Shown here piece after piece: positions 52,516 through 55,679 of a stretch of DNA of 55,679 nucleotides. The stretch is from Octopus sinensis. Taxonomy: Eukaryota. Every line of letters starts with the position of its first letter. Positions within the stretch are counted from its first letter, which is position 1. Position numbers and translations under genes: made by a program. The notes beneath the pieces are model-generated. The model was not told the DNA's origin and ran no database searches. It saw only the letters and a program-made list of their open reading frames with translations. The stretch covers positions 1 through 55,679 of the forward strand of contig NW_021834824.1 of the NCBI RefSeq assembly GCF_006345805.1. Reading direction: 5' to 3'.

Positions 52516-54425
52516 CTTTAGACAATATGAGCTGACGTTATTCGATAGTTTAGCGCCCTATCCACGAAGATTTATCACTTTTCTGACTACTAATTCTGAA
52601 TCCTGACATATGAACAATTCACCGTCAGTTCTTACAATCAAGACGGTTGGTACAAACACCAACGTCGGATGTAGGCCAGGTGATGGATGGTTTAGCCAGC
52701 TTTACTTTGAATTTTATATCTTTAAGTGGTGCTTCTGTTTTACCCAAGAGGTTCTTCCAAAGTTAACGCAATAACATGCTGCTTCGAAATCCATGGTTTT
52801 TCTCAATTCATAGGATTCTTACGTCAAATGGATACAACTGGGAATCAACGGTGAATTATCACAGAAAGATTGTTTCTAAACACAAAAAAAGATTTCTCCT
52901 TCCTTTTTTTCTTCTTTTAATATCCTTGTTTCTTTGAAGACCATGTCATTCACTTATACCATATTTTGGAGCAATAACATCTGTTAATTCCCTCCGGACT
53001 TTTCCTTTTTTCGTAACTCTAAAATCGTTGTATGTTTTCCATATTCCTTCGATAATGGTAAGACCATTATGGAGAATCACTGAAAAAAGAAATAACAAAT
53101 AACATGTTAGCAGAATTTTGCTAACCTTGCAACATTGAAATAGTCTATCTTGACAATTTTAAGTGCAATAACTTTAAAGAAAGTTGGCGAAACACCGAGA
53201 GTACAGCTGCGTTTCTCCGATTTCACTTTTGCTATTGATAACCGAGAAAGTTGAATAACTGCTAGTAATGAGAGAACTTAGTATTTCTATCTGATTCTTT
53301 ATAATTTTCAAACGAACATCCTAAATACATTTCTTAATAGAAAATGAGGATTTGTCGATACAAAGCATCAGTAGTTATTTCAGTGAGAAAACACAAGTAC
53401 AGGGGGAAAGTGATACTATTTCAAGTGCTAGTTGATTATGTTACATGACACTGCTTTCACTTACATTGTTGGTAAAAGTAAGAAATACAGACCTCTGTCG
53501 TTTTTAATTGTGCATTAAATTCCCGAGCTAATTATGGTTTTTTTTATGGCTTTGCAGAGAGAAAGTGTAATGCTTTTTATAGAGTCTCATGGGTGTTGGA
53601 AGAAAGGAAGAAGGTTATCCTGAAATCAGTAACTAGTGTGAATGCTTAAAAGCACCTAAGAATCACTGGTTGATGGTGTTAACCGAGTGATTGATTAGCA
53701 ATGGTTTAAATATACCACCTGAGAACAGAGTTCTCTCGACAAGCATTCATAGATTCCGTCTACCAGATTTCTCTCCCAATGCTTCAATCAACATAAAGCT
53801 ATTTGCCTAAATTGTTTTGCAGTAGGATCCAACCATAATGCACGTAGTTGCGGAGGAAGTTTTTAACTACACAGCCATGTGTGAAACCTGTGAAAGATAT
53901 AGCTTAATCAGCTTATCCAATAAAAGAGTAATAGTCGGTACATTGGTCTGGAATTCGGAGAGCCAAGTGGGTGCCTTCACTAAATTTTTTTAAAAAGCAT
54001 TACCAGCTTTCTTGAATTTTGAGAGTACATACCACAACTGCTGGGGATCGAAAAGAATTTTGTTCCTCCATACCAAATTTTTCTCGGAGGTTGTTAATCA
54101 GAGAGAAAAAACTATCATAAAAAAATTAGTTTAATACTTTACACGGTTTCAATTACCACGTGAAACCTTTTATTTCACTTCTATAAATAATACACTACTG
54201 GACTTGACTTCTCTTTGCACATTCTGTACACGTTTTAGGTTTGATTTTTATAGCAGAAATTAAGGCATCTGTGGGTGAGAGGTAGATCACTGTTTAATCA
54301 TAACTCTGCAAACAAAACTCATTATTTTGAAGAGGGGGTTTCTTTGTGTTCACGTCGTTGCTTGACTTGATATTTTTATTTTTGTTTTTATAATTTTTGT
54401 ACATAAAAATAATGAATGATGTTAT

Positions 54426-55679
54426 TTATAAGATAAATAAGTAATCTTCCATATATATCTGTCTGTAAATGAACAACCGCAAGTGATAAAGACCGAAATG
54501 CACTACATTCAACAGCGGAATAACAACGAACACAAGCAAGACAATTTGAGCTGCGGTCAAGCCGGGATTGTTCCAATTTAGAATGCTGGGATAGATGACG
54601 TTTGCTTCAGTATCATAAGACCAATAAGCTAAACTAAATACAATATAAGAAATGGCATAAATTATCGGATAAATTACATGCAAAAGGCGGACTGGGTAAG
54701 CACATATGAAGACTTCGGAGAATATCAATAAAGAATTGATGCAATTAACACCGATATCGGCAAATGACACCGTGCGGCGTTCTGGTTGCTGTCTAAGCTG
54801 CGGTAGAAGTTCGATGAGATAGATTGAACCCACCGATATGGCCGAAACAAACAAGGTTTCGTACAGTAACCAACAAAGCTGAAAATAGCAGCGGGTCGAA
54901 GAACGCTTGAATGTAAAATCCGGATCTGAAAATGAAACGGATTCTTCGTTTCGTTCTCCAAGCGTCAAGCTGGTGTTTGTCAGTTTCTGATACCAGTCGT
55001 TACTGTTCTGAGGAGTTCTTTCTGAAGAAGCATTGGTGTTGTTATTGAAATTATGTGTCACCATTGATGACGCTGTTCTGCTGGTACAGTCGCCCTTGTC
55101 GAACGGCGGCAGCGGAGGCGGTGACGATAAAAGCGAAGGTGTTGATGATGACGGTGGTGGACTTGGCGGTGGGGATGGAAGAGGGGACGGTGGCGGAGGG
55201 GGAGTAGAGGACGGTGGGCGCGGGGTAGGTAGTGCTTGTAGAGGAAACTGTTGCTGTTGCGGTGGTTCTTGTTGATAACTGTAATGGTACTGAGTATGAT
55301 CAATGTGAGGTTGTTGCTCGTAGAGATAATAATCATGATGGGGATGAGGAGGAGGAGGTGGTGGTGGTGGTGGTGGTGGTGGTGGCGGGGGCGGAGGAGG
55401 ACGCTGATGTGGATGAAGCTGATGACGGGGACGCTGGTGCTGACGGTGAAGTTTCTGCTGTTGCAGCGTCATCGCTATTTCCTGAGGTTTTCTCTTTTGT
55501 TTGCTCGTCTCCGTATCCTTGTTTCGTCTCGGCGTTGCTGTCGTGGCTAAAATGAAGGCGGAGCTTGTTGTATGCAGATTCGGGCTTGAAGCTGCCATTA
55601 ACGTCGACAAAGACGTGAATTTAGAAGATGGCGACCAAGAAGCGCTCAGTTTGCGAATTTGGCGCCGCCAATAGAAGTA
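54426..55679 (-). CDS. rolling-stone-like multipass membrane protein, terminal coding exon (open at the window edge)
   Basis: The frame stays open 69 nt beyond the called start (YFYWRRQIRKL...). C-terminal half has CWLLYE...NSLLIFSEVFICAYPVRLLHVIYP...Y..FS..YW...IYPSILNWNNP, matching the rolling stone family from memory. Candidate AATAAA at 54375-54380. Confidence 0.8.
   Translation of the reverse strand, partial: YFYWRRQIRKLSASWSPSSKFTSLSTLMAASSPNLHTTSSAFILATTATPRRNKDTETSKQKRKPQEIAMTLQQQKLHRQHQRPRHQLHPHQRPPPPPPPPPPPPPPPPPPHPHHDYYLYEQQPHIDHTQYHYSYQQEPPQQQQFPLQALPTPRPPSSTPPPPPSPLPSPPPSPPPSSSTPSLLSSPPPLPPFDKGDCTSRTASSMVTHNFNNNTNASSERTPQNSNDWYQKLTNTSLTLGERNEESVSFSDPDFTFKRSSTRCYFQLCWLLYETLFVSAISVGSIYLIELLPQLRQQPERRTVSFADIGVNCINSLLIFSEVFICAYPVRLLHVIYPIIYAISYIVFSLAYWSYDTEANVIYPSILNWNNPGLTAAQIVLLVFVVIPLLNVVHFGLYHLRLFIYRQIYMEDYLFIL

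Overview
Eukaryotic, repeat-saturated, mostly non-genic DNA. The SINE families and extreme microsatellite density suggest an octopus or other cephalopod (inference, not verified). The only credible host gene is a 3' coding exon of a rolling-stone-like multipass membrane protein on the minus strand at the right edge (54426 to the window end). The rest is microsatellites, tRNA-derived SINEs of two families, mariner fragments, hAT-type MITEs, and Tx1/L1, R4/Dong-like and Penelope-like (PLE) retroelement fragments. The most notable feature is a 7.3-kb array (23670-30970) of about 13.6 near-identical ~534-bp units, each carrying a type I hammerhead ribozyme fold (CUGAGGA...GAAA, palindromic stem III, GUC site), i.e. 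a retrozyme-like array. It is joined back-to-back, via an inverted copy of nearby host DNA, to a 5'-truncated PLE with its own hammerhead, and the whole ~9-kb block is bounded by (TA)n on both sides. This looks like PLE-driven retrotransposition of a ribozyme-bearing RNA. Most ORFs in the supplied track are microsatellite noise.
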